In this document: positions 37,654 to 49,104 of the stretch, one piece after another
Layout of the letters: each line of letters opens with the position of its first letter
Position numbering within the stretch: position 1 is the stretch's first letter
Source: Hadesarchaea archaeon
GTDB taxonomy: Archaea > Hadarchaeota > Hadarchaeia > Hadarchaeales > Hadarchaeaceae
Length of the DNA: 64,000 bases
Reading direction: 5' to 3'
NCBI GenBank assembly: GCA_029259175.1
Contig: JAPDJH010000001.1
Location: forward strand, 185,783-249,782
Translations under genes and position numbers: made by a program
Notes under the pieces: model-generated
Seen by the model: only the letters and a program-made list of their open reading frames with translations
Told to the model about the DNA's origin: nothing
Database searches by the model: none

Positions 37654-38820
37654 CTAGCTCTCGAGAGCACGCCTGTACGTGCGCAGAAGCTTGCGTATGG
37701 TGTTGCGCCAAGTGAACTTTTGCACGCTTTTCTTTCCGTTTTCACTCACCCGCTTTGCAACTTGAGGGTGCTCGAGCACATAGCAGATCCCGCGCGCTAT
37801 CGACTTCGGATTGGGATTGACCTTGACCCCGTTGACGAGGTGCTTCACGTTTTCCGCCAGCCCCCCGACATTCGTGACCACCATCGGACGCCCCGTCGCC
37901 CACCCCTCGAGCAGCACTATGCCGAAGGGCTCCTGCCGACTGGGAATGCACATCACATCACAAATGTTGAGCAGATTGACGTACTTTCGATACGGTATCC
38001 ATCCCAGGAACTTCACCTTCTCCATGAGCTCGTACTTCCGGGCTTTGCGCTTCAGCCGCCTGCTCATGGTCCCCGTCCCAGCAAAGAGGAAAAGCACGTC
38101 CTCGTGCCGCCGCAGAACTTCCGGCACCGCATCCAAAAGCAAATCCGGCCCCTTCTGGTACTCCAGCCGCCCCATGAACAGAATGGTTCGAACGTCGAGG
38201 GGGATCCCGTACTTCTTTTTGACTTTCTCCGCATCCATCGAGATCTGGTACTTGGAGGGGGTGATGGCGTTGGGAACAACATCTATTTTTTCCTTGGGTA
38301 TCTTGCACACGCGCACGAGCTCCTTCTGCATGGTCTTGGACACCGTTGTCACCCGATTGGCTATCTGCCCCCCCAGACTCTCCCTCGCACAGATTTCGTG
38401 AAAGAGCCGGTCCTCCCCCATCCCCCCTCCGCGCCGCGAGTACTCCGTCGAGTGATAGCTCACCACGATCGGATATCCCCTCTTCTTCAGCTCGAAGAGC
38501 GCATCGACAACGTGCCAGTCGTGTCCGTGAAAGATGTCGAACTTTCCGCTTCCGCGCACAACACGCCCGATCTCGTTCAGCATCGCGCGCGACATGTTGG
38601 TGAAGAACTCCAGAATGTTCCGTCCCGGATCAAAGACGCACCGGTAGTAGTGCACGTTGTTGATCTTGGAGTGCCGGGGCTGGCCCTCCCTCCACCGCGT
38701 GAAGAGATACACCTCGTGCCCGCGCTTGGCGAGCTCTTCCGCCATTCGTGTGACGATTACCCCTAAACCCCCAACGTGGATCGAGTAAAGCGATTCCCAC
38801 GACAGTACGGCTATACGCAC
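37654..38820 (-). CDS. Glycosyltransferase family 4
   Basis: LSWE...VGGLG, HGHDW, GRLEYQKG, EPFGIVLLE; GTG start at 38820 (the ORF-track extension is antisense to ilvD). Confidence 0.92.
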   Translation of the reverse strand: MRIAVLSWESLYSIHVGGLGVIVTRMAEELAKRGHEVYLFTRWREGQPRHSKINNVHYYRCVFDPGRNILEFFTNMSRAMLNEIGRVVRGSGKFDIFHGHDWHVVDALFELKKRGYPIVVSYHSTEYSRRGGGMGEDRLFHEICARESLGGQIANRVTTVSKTMQKELVRVCKIPKEKIDVVPNAITPSKYQISMDAEKVKKKYGIPLDVRTILFMGRLEYQKGPDLLLDAVPEVLRRHEDVLFLFAGTGTMSRRLKRKARKYELMEKVKFLGWIPYRKYVNLLNICDVMCIPSRQEPFGIVLLEGWATGRPMVVTNVGGLAENVKHLVNGVKVNPNPKSIARGICYVLEHPQVAKRVSENGKKSVQKFTWRNTIRKLLRTYRRALES

Positions 38821-38946
38821 TGGCTTCCCTCCTCCTCTCTCTCGCTTGCTCGATAAATGCCTTTTCGTCCTAAGACCCGCTGACGCGGTTGTTGCTTCCG
38901 TGAAAATTAAATACTCGGACACCGAGCCATCACGGGAGGCTGGACA

Positions 38947-40605
38947 ATGAGGCTCCGGAGCCGAGCGGTGGTTGAGGGCCTGGAGAGTCTTCCGCGCCGC
39001 GCTCTTTTGAAGGCCGTGGGCGTATCCGACGCAGAGCTCAACCGGCCCTTTATAGCCATAGCGAACTCCTACAACAACATCGTGCCGGGTCACTACCATC
39101 TCCAGCAGCTCGGACAGGCGGTCGCGGCGGGTGTGCGCGAAGCTGGAGGAACACCCTTCGAGTTCCACACGATCGGCATCTGCGACGGGATTGCAATGGG
39201 GACCCCAGGTATGAAGTACTCCCTTCCCTCGCGCGAAATCGTTGCGGACAGCGTAGAGGCCATGCTCGAAGCCCACCGCTTTGACGCTGTCGTGTGCGTC
39301 GCGAGCTGTGACAAGATCGTCCCAGGCATGCTGATGGCGATGGCGCGTGTGGACATCCCCGCCATAATCGTCACCGGCGGCCCGATGCTGCCCGGTTTCC
39401 GAGAAGGCCAATCCCTCGATGTGATAAGCGCCTTTGAGGCCGTCGGCGCGGTGAAAGCCGGCCGGATGAGCACGCGCGAGGCCTACGAGATAGAAGAACT
39501 CGCCTGTCCCGGCTGCGGATCCTGCGCGGGAATGTTCACCGCCAACACCATGGCGTGCTTGGCAGAAGCGCTGGGTCTCTCCCTCCCCGGGACTGCAACC
39601 GCGCACGCAGTGGACGCCCGAAAGATCCGCTTGGCCAAGAGAGCGGGAACCCAGATCGTGAAGCTTGTGAAGCGTGGGCTCACACCACGCAAGATTCTCA
39701 CGCGAAAGGCCTTTGAGAACGCCGTGGCCGTGGACATGGCCCTCGGCGGCTCGACCAACACGGTGCTCCACCTTCCAGCGATCGCGCGCGAAGCCGGGAT
39801 AAACCTGAGCTTGGACGTGTTCGACCGCATAAGCAGGCGGACCCCCCACATCTGTGCAATCAGACCGAACGGACCGCACACGATGCTCGATCTCGACCGT
39901 GCCGGAGGAGTCCCGGCCGTGATGAAGCGATTGGGGAAGCTCATCTGTGGAAGCCCTCTGACGGTAACCGGACTGCGCGTTAGGGAGAACCTCAAGCACG
40001 CCCGGATCCTCAGCGACGAGATCATCCGCCCACTCAACCGCCCGTACCGCAGGGAAGGGGGGATCGCCATTCTCTACGGTTCGCTCGCACCCAAGGGGGC
40101 GGTGGTGAAATACGCTGGTGTTTCACCCAAGATGTTTCGGCACCAAGGGCCAGCACGCGTTTTCGATTCAGAGGAGGAAGCCGTGGCCGCCATATATGCG
40201 AGGCGCATAAAGCCCAAGGACGTGGTCGTCATCCGGTACGAGGGTCCGAAGGGCGGCCCGGGAATGCGCGAAATGCTTGCACCGACTTCAGCCATAGTGG
40301 GAATGGGCCTCTCAGAATCGGTGGCGCTTGTGACTGATGGCCGATTCTCCGGGGGAACCCGCGGAGCATGTGTGGGCCACGTTTCTCCAGAAGCCGCGGA
40401 GGGCGGGCCCATAGGCGTGGTCCAAGACGGCGACGAGATCCTGATAGACATCAAGCGCAGACGGCTGGATCTGCTCATCGATGACCGGGAGCTGAAGCGC
40501 CGGTTGAAAGACTTCAGCCCACCACGACCAAAAACTAGACGCGGATACCTCGCTTATTACGCGCGAACCGTCTCCTCCGCATCCGAGGGTGCCGTTCGTT
40601 TGTGA
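38947..40605 (+). CDS. ilvD: Dihydroxy-acid dehydratase
   Basis: [44 protein letters not shown]. Confidence 0.97.
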   Translation: MRLRSRAVVEGLESLPRRALLKAVGVSDAELNRPFIAIANSYNNIVPGHYHLQQLGQAVAAGVREAGGTPFEFHTIGICDGIAMGTPGMKYSLPSREIVADSVEAMLEAHRFDAVVCVASCDKIVPGMLMAMARVDIPAIIVTGGPMLPGFREGQSLDVISAFEAVGAVKAGRMSTREAYEIEELACPGCGSCAGMFTANTMACLAEALGLSLPGTATAHAVDARKIRLAKRAGTQIVKLVKRGLTPRKILTRKAFENAVAVDMALGGSTNTVLHLPAIAREAGINLSLDVFDRISRRTPHICAIRPNGPHTMLDLDRAGGVPAVMKRLGKLICGSPLTVTGLRVRENLKHARILSDEIIRPLNRPYRREGGIAILYGSLAPKGAVVKYAGVSPKMFRHQGPARVFDSEEEAVAAIYARRIKPKDVVVIRYEGPKGGPGMREMLAPTSAIVGMGLSESVALVTDGRFSGGTRGACVGHVSPEAAEGGPIGVVQDGDEILIDIKRRRLDLLIDDRELKRRLKDFSPPRPKTRRGYLAYYARTVSSASEGAVRL

Positions 40606-41179
40606 GAGCCCGTTGCATGTGTTTTGCGGATATCACCAGCATCCCCCCGACGAGTACTCCCATAAAGATTTTCACCGATATCAGTTCGGAGGAGACAGCG
40701 TATGGATATAAAACGACCTCACGGGTGTCCGGCGGGGCGAGGTTAACACTCGTCCCGTTTTCAATGATTCGAAAGCGCGTACGAAGCCTTACGGTCGCTG
40801 TGGGTGCCGCCGTGCAAATGCAAGGTTTGAGCGAGAGTTCGAGCGCATACGTTTCGCTGCTCCCGCCGTCTACTTCGACCCACACCTCGTTGGGATACCA
40901 CCCGCCCTCGTTCAGCAGAACAACATCGTAAAACTCTGGTGGGGGATAGAGAATCGAGGGGTAAAAACCGTACACGTAGGTGCGCAGCCACCCCTCGACG
41001 CGGTTCTCGCTCATATTGATCACCTGCACCTTGGTTTGGATCTTCTCGCCCGGATGGACGACCGCGGGGTAGTCCACAAAGCGAATGGAAACCCCCTCCA
41101 CGTAGCGGTCGATGGCCCCAACTGGGACAGCAGACGATAGGAGAGCGACAAGCAACAGTAGAAAGAGCGCTCGCTTCAT
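40535..41179 (-). CDS. Secreted/membrane-anchored hypothetical protein
   Basis: Signal peptide, Ig-like beta region, C-terminal TM; converges on and overlaps the ilvD 3' end. Confidence 0.6.
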   Translation of the reverse strand: MKRALFLLLLVALLSSAVPVGAIDRYVEGVSIRFVDYPAVVHPGEKIQTKVQVINMSENRVEGWLRTYVYGFYPSILYPPPEFYDVVLLNEGGWYPNEVWVEVDGGSSETYALELSLKPCICTAAPTATVRLRTRFRIIENGTSVNLAPPDTREVVLYPYAVSSELISVKIFMGVLVGGMLVISAKHMQRALTNERHPRMRRRRFARNKRGIRV

Positions 41180-41241
41180 CTAACATCGTGTTGAAACATA
41201 AAGAGTTAAATACTCTCCACTTCCCTAACATTTGAGACAAA

Positions 41242-42504
41242 ATGCCCATGACCATTACTGAAAAAATACTGGCAAAGGCCTCCGGGCGAAAAGAGGTGGC
41301 ACCCGGAGACATCGTGGAGGCGCGCGTGGACGTGGCGATGGCACACGATCTAACCGCCCCGTTGGCCATCGATAGTTTCCGCAAAATGGGCGCCAAGCGG
41401 GTGTGGGATCCGGAGCGCGTGGTGCTGCTGTTCGATCACCAGACCCCCGCTAGCTCCATAGACGCCGCAATGAACCACCGCATGATCAGAGAGTTCGCTC
41501 GCGAGCAAAACATCAAGCACTTCTACGACATGTTCGCGGGGGTGTGCCACGCCGTACTGCCCGAGCGCGGATTCGCCCAGCCCGGTCGCGTGGTCATAGG
41601 CGCGGATTCTCACTCCGTCACCTACGGGGCGTTTAACTGCTTCGCAACCGGCGTCGGATCCACTGACATGGCCGCAATTTTTGCAACAGGCAAGCTGTGG
41701 TTTCGGGTCCCCGAATCCATCCTCGTGACAGCGAACGGCAGTCTCAAACCACCAGTGGTTTCGAAGGACTTGATTCTCCACATAATCGGAGATTTCGGAA
41801 TGGACGGTGCCACTTACAAAGCGGTCGAGTTCAAGGGCGAGACTTTCTCGAACATGAGCATGGACGCTCGCATGACCGTGTGCAACATGGTGGTGGAGAT
41901 GGGTGGGAAGAACGGCGTGATGGAGGCCGACACGATTACCCAGCAGTACTTGGAGGAGCGGGGTGTCAAATCGGTGAACCCTGTGACCAGTGATCCGGAT
42001 GCCCAATACGTGGAGACCCGCGAATACGATGCCAGCGCTTTGGACCCCCAGGTCGCCTGCCCACACTCCGTCGACAACGTGAAATCGGTGCGGGAAGTGG
42101 AGGGAATAGAAGTCGATCAAGCGTTCATCGGCACATGCACCAACGGCAGGCTCGAAGACCTAGAAATCGCCGCCAAAATCCTGAAGGGCCGAAGAGTCAG
42201 TGCTCGTGTGCGTCTGATCGTAGTCCCCGCCACGTATGAAGTCTATAGGCAGGCGCTCGAGCGAGGTCTGCTCAAGATATTTGTGGACGCCGGGGCCCTT
42301 GTCGAATCTCCCGGATGTGGTGCGTGCATGGGATGCCATATAGGTGTTGTAGGCCCTGGAGAGGTGAGCATCTCCGCGTCAAACCGCAACTTCAAAGGCC
42401 GGCAGGGGAGTCCCGAGTCGGAAGTCTATCTGGCCTCTCCAGCCACCGTTGCAGCTTCCGCGGTAGAGGGCAAGATAACTGACCCGAGGGAGATGTATGG
42501 CTAA
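41242..42504 (+). CDS. leuC: 3-isopropylmalate dehydratase/homoaconitase large subunit
   Basis: FDH, GADSH, IGTCTNGR, PGCGACMG, NRNFKGRQG. Confidence 0.9.
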   Translation: MPMTITEKILAKASGRKEVAPGDIVEARVDVAMAHDLTAPLAIDSFRKMGAKRVWDPERVVLLFDHQTPASSIDAAMNHRMIREFAREQNIKHFYDMFAGVCHAVLPERGFAQPGRVVIGADSHSVTYGAFNCFATGVGSTDMAAIFATGKLWFRVPESILVTANGSLKPPVVSKDLILHIIGDFGMDGATYKAVEFKGETFSNMSMDARMTVCNMVVEMGGKNGVMEADTITQQYLEERGVKSVNPVTSDPDAQYVETREYDASALDPQVACPHSVDNVKSVREVEGIEVDQAFIGTCTNGRLEDLEIAAKILKGRRVSARVRLIVVPATYEVYRQALERGLLKIFVDAGALVESPGCGACMGCHIGVVGPGEVSISASNRNFKGRQGSPESEVYLASPATVAASAVEGKITDPREMYG

Positions 42505-42988
42505 GGCCTGGGTGTATGGAGATCACGTGAGCACGGATGACATCATCGCGGGACGCTATTTGGCGAAGCACGACCCCCAGGAGTGGGGGCGCCACGCGAT
42601 GGAGAACATCGATCCCGAATTCTCGAAGCGCGTCAGCCCGGGCGACGTTATTGTGGCTGGCAGAGATTTCGGGTGCGGGTCAAGCCGCGAGCAAGCCCCC
42701 ATTGCACTCAAAGCAGCCGGGATTTCGGCGGTGGTTGCGGAGTCGTTCGCGCGCATTTTTTATCGCAACGCCATCAATCAGGGGCTCCCCGTTTTGACCT
42801 GTCCCGGTATCCGCAAAGAGTTTAGAAACGGGGACGAAATCGAAATCGATCTGAAAGGCGGTGTTGTGCGCAACCTGTCCGCGGGCAAGGAGTTCAAGGT
42901 GAGCCCCCTTCCTCCGTTCATAATGGAGATCTTGGAAGCGGGAGGGCTTGTTTCCCACCTCAAAAAGAAGCTGGAGGGAAAGCGATGA
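42497..42988 (+). CDS. leuD: 3-isopropylmalate dehydratase/homoaconitase small subunit
   Basis: STDDII, FGCGSSREQA, FARIFYRNAINQG. Confidence 0.9.
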   Translation: MAKAWVYGDHVSTDDIIAGRYLAKHDPQEWGRHAMENIDPEFSKRVSPGDVIVAGRDFGCGSSREQAPIALKAAGISAVVAESFARIFYRNAINQGLPVLTCPGIRKEFRNGDEIEIDLKGGVVRNLSAGKEFKVSPLPPFIMEILEAGGLVSHLKKKLEGKR

Positions 42989-44304
42989 GCACACGTCCTG
43001 AAATCGAACAGCTGGAGGCGGAGCGACGGAAATACTTGGAGCGCATTCAGCGGCTGATGTTTACCGATTTCGATCCGCAGCGCTGGGAGGAGCTGCGAGA
43101 AACCCTGTATGCCACTGTTCCGCTCAACGCCGACGTGATAATCGATGACTGCACCTTCCGGGAGGGCATCCAGATGGCGGGTCTGGTCACACCGCACCCA
43201 TCGGACACCTGCACCATGGCCACCATGCTGCGCGACGTAGGTGTGGAGCGTCTCGAAGTTCTCTTCTATACCAAAACCGACCAGGAGGCCGTCAAGCTGA
43301 TGCGGGACGAGGGGCTCGGCCCCATGTTGGCCGGATGGTGCAGGGCCAACACTGCCGATATCGATCTCGCCCGCAAGCTGGAATTGGAGCAAGTGGGGAT
43401 CTCTCACCCCGTTTCCTATCTCCACTTCGTTAAGTGGCCCCACCTACCGTTGAACGACTTGATCGACCGGGTGGTGAAGGCGGTCCAGTACGCGCACGAC
43501 CACGGGCTCCGAGTTTTCGTCCACGGGGAGGACAGCACGCGGGCGCACTGGGATTTCGAGCGCCTCTTCATAAACGAGGTGGCCGCGGCTGGCGCCGAGG
43601 TGTACCGGATCTGCGACACGGTGGGGTGCGGGATCTCCGACCCATCCGTTCCACCACCTCAGGGAATCCCGATGAAGGTCAAGCTCATCAAGGAGGAGAC
43701 CCGGATACCATACGTGGAGATACACGCACACGACGATCTCGGAAACGCTGTGGAAAACACGATGGCTTTCTTGCGGACAGCGGCCAAGTACTACGACAAA
43801 GTTTATGCCAGCACCACTTTTTTGGGAATCGGAGACAGGGCGGGGAACGCCGAGACAGAGAAGATCATCATCAACTGCTACATGATTCACGGGATTAAGA
43901 AGTGGAACCTTGCACCGTTTCGCGATCTCGCTCTGCTCTTGGCATCCGCGACAGGATTCAGCCTTCCGCTCAACAAGGCGTTGGTCGGAGATTCGGCGTT
44001 TGCGCACGAGTCGGGAATCCACCTGCAAGGGATCAAGCAGCTGCCGGTGACCTACGAAGTAGTCCCGCCGGAACTCGTGGGGCAGGAGCGGATAATCGTT
44101 ATCGGAAAACGCTCCGGAAAACATGGGATCAAGATGAAGCTGGAAGAGATACTCAAACGAGAAATCCCCGATGATGATCCCCGATTCAAACAGCTAGTCG
44201 AGATTATCACGAGAAAGTTCAGAGAGGGCCGCCGCAGAACCCCCCTGCGCGAGGACGAGTTCCGGGCGCTCGCACACCGGGTGGGATTCGAAGTAGAGTC
44301 GTAA
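42985..44304 (+). CDS. DRE-TIM acyltransferase (homocitrate/isopropylmalate/Re-citrate synthase family), no regulatory domain
   Basis: DCTFREGIQ, EDSTRA, CDTVG, HAHDDLG, GDRAGNA, AHESGIH. Confidence 0.85.
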   Translation: MSTRPEIEQLEAERRKYLERIQRLMFTDFDPQRWEELRETLYATVPLNADVIIDDCTFREGIQMAGLVTPHPSDTCTMATMLRDVGVERLEVLFYTKTDQEAVKLMRDEGLGPMLAGWCRANTADIDLARKLELEQVGISHPVSYLHFVKWPHLPLNDLIDRVVKAVQYAHDHGLRVFVHGEDSTRAHWDFERLFINEVAAAGAEVYRICDTVGCGISDPSVPPPQGIPMKVKLIKEETRIPYVEIHAHDDLGNAVENTMAFLRTAAKYYDKVYASTTFLGIGDRAGNAETEKIIINCYMIHGIKKWNLAPFRDLALLLASATGFSLPLNKALVGDSAFAHESGIHLQGIKQLPVTYEVVPPELVGQERIIVIGKRSGKHGIKMKLEEILKREIPDDDPRFKQLVEIITRKFREGRRRTPLREDEFRALAHRVGFEVES

Positions 44305-44370
44305 CGGTCCTGCGAAGCCAGTGAAACCACAAATCAAAAAACTCTCTCCGTTGTATTGTGAGGGGACATC

Positions 44371-45453
44371 ATGCACCGGGTAACCCTGATTCCTGGAGAC
44401 GGTGTTGGTCCTGAAGTCATCGATGCCGCCCGTCGGTGTGTGGAAGCCACCGGCGTCCAGATCGAGTGGGAGGTGGTCGAGGCGGGCGCAAGTGTAATGG
44501 AGCGGTATGGAACACCTCTCCCCGAGCACGTGCTGGAGTCCATTCGAAAAAATCGAGTCGCGCTGAAGGGACCCATCACCACTCCCGTGGGCACCGGATT
44601 TCGGAGCGTGAACGTGGCGATACGAAAAGCTCTCGACCTCTATGCGTGCGTCCGGCCGGCCAAGCTGTACCCCGGGGTTCGCTCGCCCTACAGGAACGTG
44701 GACTTGGTGGTGGTACGCGAGAACACGGAGGATCTCTACGCGGGGATCGAGTTCGAGCGAGGGAAACCCGAAACCGCCGAGTTCATCGCTTTTGTGGATG
44801 AAAAACTGAACGAGCGGATTTCGTCGGACTCCGGTATAAGTCTGAAGACCATATCGATCCGGGCCTCCGAGCGGATAGTTCGCTTCGCTTTCGAGTACGC
44901 CCGGAAGCACGGGCGCCGCAAGGTCACGGCCGTCCACAAAGCCAACATCCTGAAGTTCTCAGATGGTCTGTTCCTTCAAGTCGCGCGTAAAGTGGCGGAG
45001 GATTATCCGGACATCGAGTTTGAGGATCGAATAGTGGACAACATGTGCATGCAGCTCGTGCAAAAGCCCCATCTGTACGACGTGATCGTCGCACCCAATC
45101 TGTACGGCGACATGTTGTCGGACCTGTGCGCCGGGCTCGTGGGGGGTCTAGGAGTTGCGCCCGGTGCGAACGTAGGAGACGAGTGCGCAGTCTTCGAACC
45201 AACGCACGGGTCGGCCCCCAAGTATGCTGGCAAGAACAAAGTCAATCCGACTGCAACAATCCTTTCAGCGGCCATGATGCTGGATCACCTAGGAGAGCGC
45301 GATGCAGCTGAGCGAATCCGAAGGGCTGTGGCGAAAGTCATCAGGGAAGGAAAACACGTGACGTACGATTTAAAACCCGATCCCAACGACCCGACTGCCG
45401 TTGGCACGAGAGAAATGGCCGATGCAATAATCACCGCGATTAAATCCGGTTAG
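44371..45453 (+). CDS. Isocitrate/homoisocitrate dehydrogenase family (NAD-IDH-like)
   Basis: [15 protein letters not shown]...[26 protein letters not shown]. Confidence 0.88.
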   Translation: MHRVTLIPGDGVGPEVIDAARRCVEATGVQIEWEVVEAGASVMERYGTPLPEHVLESIRKNRVALKGPITTPVGTGFRSVNVAIRKALDLYACVRPAKLYPGVRSPYRNVDLVVVRENTEDLYAGIEFERGKPETAEFIAFVDEKLNERISSDSGISLKTISIRASERIVRFAFEYARKHGRRKVTAVHKANILKFSDGLFLQVARKVAEDYPDIEFEDRIVDNMCMQLVQKPHLYDVIVAPNLYGDMLSDLCAGLVGGLGVAPGANVGDECAVFEPTHGSAPKYAGKNKVNPTATILSAAMMLDHLGERDAAERIRRAVAKVIREGKHVTYDLKPDPNDPTAVGTREMADAIITAIKSG

Positions 45454-45980
45454 AGCGGAAACGACATCGCTATCGAAGAGAAGGTTGTGAAGATCAGAAA
45501 AACGAAAGACGTGATTCCAAGCAATCTCCTCTCCCACGTGAGAAGATTTTCCAGAACCGTTTTATTTTCCTTTGTTTTTTTCAAAGCAAGGCAGAGAGAA
45601 GAACTCACGACGGCTACCCAGAGGACGATAGCCAAGACGGTTGCTACGAGAGTCCAAGAACCGAGGCTCTCCAAGTTCAGAAAGACGAACAGCCACAGAA
45701 GACTGAGCGCGCCGAACGCCAACGACGCTATAAACCAGAAGCGCACCCAGCGAGTGATTCTGAGAGCGAATGATTTTCTCCCAGCCCTCTCGATGGCCGA
45801 TCGGATGGCTTGAATGCGGAAGTTGGAAACAAACATTAGGAGGCCGGGAAGGTTCCAGCTCACTATGAACCACTCTCGCTCCCCGGAATTGCTGAGCACA
45901 TCGGGGAAGCGGGGGAGCACGAAAACCACGAACGAGAGGAAAAATATTGCGCTCAACAAGGTGATCGCTATCTGACCCAT
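45450..45980 (-). CDS. Hypothetical membrane protein
   Basis: About 5 hydrophobic segments; start uncertain. Confidence 0.5.
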   Translation of the reverse strand: MGQIAITLLSAIFFLSFVVFVLPRFPDVLSNSGEREWFIVSWNLPGLLMFVSNFRIQAIRSAIERAGRKSFALRITRWVRFWFIASLAFGALSLLWLFVFLNLESLGSWTLVATVLAIVLWVAVVSSSLCLALKKTKENKTVLENLLTWERRLLGITSFVFLIFTTFSSIAMSFPL

Positions 45981-46065
45981 GCGGCAGACGGGCGCAACAC
46001 GCATGCGAATCTCCCGGCATGTGAGGTTTAATAAGGCGGATGATAAAAATCCTACGGCTGGTTGA

Positions 46066-47205
46066 GTGACGTACAAGATCGCTGTTATTCCGGGAGATGG
46101 TATAGGTCCCGAAGTCATCCGCGAAGGAGTGAAGGTCTTGGAAAAGGCCGCCGAGGTTACCCCCGGTTTGGATTTTGAATTCGTCTACTATCCGTTTGGT
46201 GCTGATCACTATCTGGAGACCGGACAGTTGCTCCCGGAGCGAGCGTTGGAGGAGCTTTCGGAGTTCGATGCCATATACTTGGGCGCTCTCGGAGACCCCC
46301 GAGTCCCGCCCGGAGTGCTAGAGCAGGGAATACTGCTCAAGCTGAGATTCTACTTCGAGCAGTATGTGAACTTGCGCCCGGTGAAGCTTTACCCAGGGGT
46401 TCCGTGTCCGCTCGCCGGAAAGGGACCGGAGCACGTGAACTTTTACGTGGTTCGCGAGAACACCGAGGACTTCTATGTGGGTGTTGGAGCACGCGCGAAA
46501 GGAAAGAAAAAGGTAAAGCACGAGATACGGCGCTCGATCTACCGCGCAAAGTTCGGCGTGGACATCGACGTGGATAAAGACGAGATAGCCTATCAGATCG
46601 GCGTGGTTAGCCGGAAGGGCGCCGAGCGGGTCATCCGCTATGCGTTCGAGCTGGCGAGACGCAAGCACAAGCGCAGGGTGACGTCGGTTGACAAGGCCAA
46701 CGTGCTTTCTCATGTGTACTCGCTGTGGAGAGAGATCTTCGAAGAGGTCGCTAAAGACTATCCCGATATCGAAACAGAATTTGCTTTTGTGGATGCGATC
46801 ACGATGTGGTTCGTCAAAAATCCAGAATGGTATCAAGTGGTGGTCACGCCCAACATGTTCGGCGATATAATCACAGATTTGGGTGCGATGATTCAGGGCG
46901 GACTTGGTTTGGCACCAGGTGGAAACATCAATCCCGAGGGCGTCAGCATGTTTGAGCCAATACATGGGTCGGCGCCCAAACACGCGGGTAAGAACGTTGC
47001 AAACCCGATTGCTACAATTTTAGCCGGACAGATGATGCTCGAGCATTTGGGCGAGCAAAAAGCCGCTGATCTGGTGGAGCGCGCCGTAATCGAGGTCCTC
47101 CGCGAGGGAAAGGTCAAAACCTACGATTTGGGTGGGAAATCCTCGACCTCCGAGATGGGCGACGCCATAGCGGCCAAAGTAAAGGAATTGGGTAAAAACG
47201 GGTGA
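46066..47205 (+). CDS. leuB: 3-isopropylmalate (or tartrate) dehydrogenase
   Basis: [42 protein letters not shown]. Confidence 0.8.
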   Translation: MTYKIAVIPGDGIGPEVIREGVKVLEKAAEVTPGLDFEFVYYPFGADHYLETGQLLPERALEELSEFDAIYLGALGDPRVPPGVLEQGILLKLRFYFEQYVNLRPVKLYPGVPCPLAGKGPEHVNFYVVRENTEDFYVGVGARAKGKKKVKHEIRRSIYRAKFGVDIDVDKDEIAYQIGVVSRKGAERVIRYAFELARRKHKRRVTSVDKANVLSHVYSLWREIFEEVAKDYPDIETEFAFVDAITMWFVKNPEWYQVVVTPNMFGDIITDLGAMIQGGLGLAPGGNINPEGVSMFEPIHGSAPKHAGKNVANPIATILAGQMMLEHLGEQKAADLVERAVIEVLREGKVKTYDLGGKSSTSEMGDAIAAKVKELGKNG

Positions 47206-47317
47206 GCATATCTTCGTTTACCGAAGTTAAAGCGCAACGATCCACTCAAAAAATGAGAGAACGTCTAGAGAAAAGACAAAAACTCCTTCGTTTTAACGAT
47301 AATGGAGATGAACGAAG

Positions 47318-47893
47318 ATGCAATCGAAAACCCCGCCCAAACGTTTGATCGTAGCCATCACTGGAGCTAGCGGTGTGATTTATGGAGTGAGATTTCTGGA
47401 AGTTTGCCGGGAGCTGAAAATAGAAACCGATTTGGTGGTATCGAAAACCGCTGAGTCGCTCCTCGATATCGAACTAGCTAAGACACGAGCTGAACTTGAG
47501 AAGCTGGCGTATTCGAGCTATCCGCCGGATGATTTTCAAGCCCCGATCGCGAGCGGTTCTCAGGCACGCGATGCTATGGTGGTGATCCCGTGCTCTATGG
47601 GAACCCTTGCAAAGATAGCCAATGGAATCGCCGATAATCTAATCGTGCGGGCGGCCGACGTTTGCCTGAAGCAACGCAAACCGTTGGTGTTAGTCATTCG
47701 CGAGACTCCTCTAAATCTGATTCACGTGATCAATATGGAGCGGCTTATACGGGCGGGAGCGGTGATTGTGCCAGCCAGCCCTGCGTTTTACCACAAACCC
47801 AAACAGATTCGTGATTTGATTGATTTTGTTGTGGGTAGAGTCTTGGACGTGCTCGGTGTTAAGCACTCCTTGTATTCCAAATGGAAAGAATGA
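47318..47893 (+). CDS. ubiX: Flavin prenyltransferase
   Basis: ITGASG, IASGS, PCSMGTL, RAADV, RETP, PAFY. Confidence 0.95.
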   Translation: MQSKTPPKRLIVAITGASGVIYGVRFLEVCRELKIETDLVVSKTAESLLDIELAKTRAELEKLAYSSYPPDDFQAPIASGSQARDAMVVIPCSMGTLAKIANGIADNLIVRAADVCLKQRKPLVLVIRETPLNLIHVINMERLIRAGAVIVPASPAFYHKPKQIRDLIDFVVGRVLDVLGVKHSLYSKWKE

Positions 47894-47942
47894 GAAAGGG
47901 CATTTATCGTAGAATGGCAAAGTCAGTAGGGGAGGGCATGAG

Positions 47943-49100
47943 ATGAAGGTTCCTCCGTCTCGCAGGTTTGAGTGCTCGCGGTGCGGATACGCGGACTACC
48001 GCATGTCCGCACGTGAGATAGGTTCTGAGAGCCCGGAGCACTGTCTGAAGTGTGGAGCACTAATGCGAGTAGCAGATGAGGGACTACCAACCGATATCGA
48101 GCGAATAGTTAAAGAAGTCGCAAAACGCTTCGAGATCGAGGACTTCATTGCAACCCACGAACGAGCGGAATTCGAGGTTTTTGCCCCTAATGTGAGAAAA
48201 TCTTTTGATTCGCTTCTCTCCGTACTCAGGCCTCGCGGATATCTCGTGGCTTTACGTCGCGGACCAGATGTGCTCCGATTGACGGTTCTGCGCTTTTCCC
48301 CAGTAAGCCGCAGAAGTGCTTTGATCAGCATGTTGCTTTTTGGACTTACAGTGCTCTCGACTTTTTTTGCGGGTGTGGTGTTTCTCTTCGGTAACTTTCT
48401 CGACGCCGCCCTGTTTTCAATCGCCTTAATGTTGATCCTCTCTGCGCACGAACTGGGCCACAAGATGGCGGCGATGGAGCACGGCATCGACGTCTCACCT
48501 CCTTACTTCATCCCAGTCCCCTTCTTCTTGGGCACCTTGGGAGCGGTGATGAGCATCAGAAGTCCTCCTCCATCCAAGGATTCGCTGGTAGAAATGGGTG
48601 CAGCGGGTCCCATCGCGGGCTTCCTGGTAGGTTTATGCATGTTGCTGATAGGTCTGGCCAAGTCCGTGCCGGCCTCGGCAGGAGAGGGGATCTTCTTTGC
48701 CCCCTTGGCGTTTGTGTTGCTGGAGTTCGTTTTCTTTGGCCACCCGACATCGGCTCTCCGGTTGCATCCCTTGGCCTTTGCTGGGTGGGTGGCCCTCTTT
48801 CTCACCATGTTCAATCTGTTGCCGGCGGGACAGCTTGATGGGGGTCACGTGGCGCGAGGACTTATGAGCGAGACGCGCCACTACGCGCTTACCAGATCGC
48901 TCGGTATGGCCCTGATAATGTCGGGCTTTGTAATCCCAGAATTTCCCTTCTGGGTCTGGGGTTTCCTGATTTTCTTTGTTTTCAGGCACTATCACCCTGG
49001 AGCGCTCAATGAGATTTCGTCCATTTCCCGTCGCACGAAGTGGCTGGTTTTGACAACAGCCATCGTTTTTGTTTTGTCACTTCCAGTGCCACTGAGGTGA
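47943..49100 (+). CDS. Site-2 protease (M50) with N-terminal Zn ribbon
   Basis: HELGH, AGP, NLLPAGQLDGGH; two N-terminal CxxC. Confidence 0.92.
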   Translation: MKVPPSRRFECSRCGYADYRMSAREIGSESPEHCLKCGALMRVADEGLPTDIERIVKEVAKRFEIEDFIATHERAEFEVFAPNVRKSFDSLLSVLRPRGYLVALRRGPDVLRLTVLRFSPVSRRSALISMLLFGLTVLSTFFAGVVFLFGNFLDAALFSIALMLILSAHELGHKMAAMEHGIDVSPPYFIPVPFFLGTLGAVMSIRSPPPSKDSLVEMGAAGPIAGFLVGLCMLLIGLAKSVPASAGEGIFFAPLAFVLLEFVFFGHPTSALRLHPLAFAGWVALFLTMFNLLPAGQLDGGHVARGLMSETRHYALTRSLGMALIMSGFVIPEFPFWVWGFLIFFVFRHYHPGALNEISSISRRTKWLVLTTAIVFVLSLPVPLR

Positions 49101-49104
49101 GGAA

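Noticed and set aside
36641-39999. Long ORFs 36641-37711(-), 36970-38766(+) and the 5' extension of 37654-39999(-)
   Set aside because: Shadow frames of ilvC, the GT4 gene and ilvD; the real GT4 starts at about 38820.
40535-40605. Convergent 3' overlaps (ilvD/hypothetical; also tmk/HD and glyS/AEC)
   Set aside because: Short tail-to-tail overlaps are ordinary in compact archaeal genomes.
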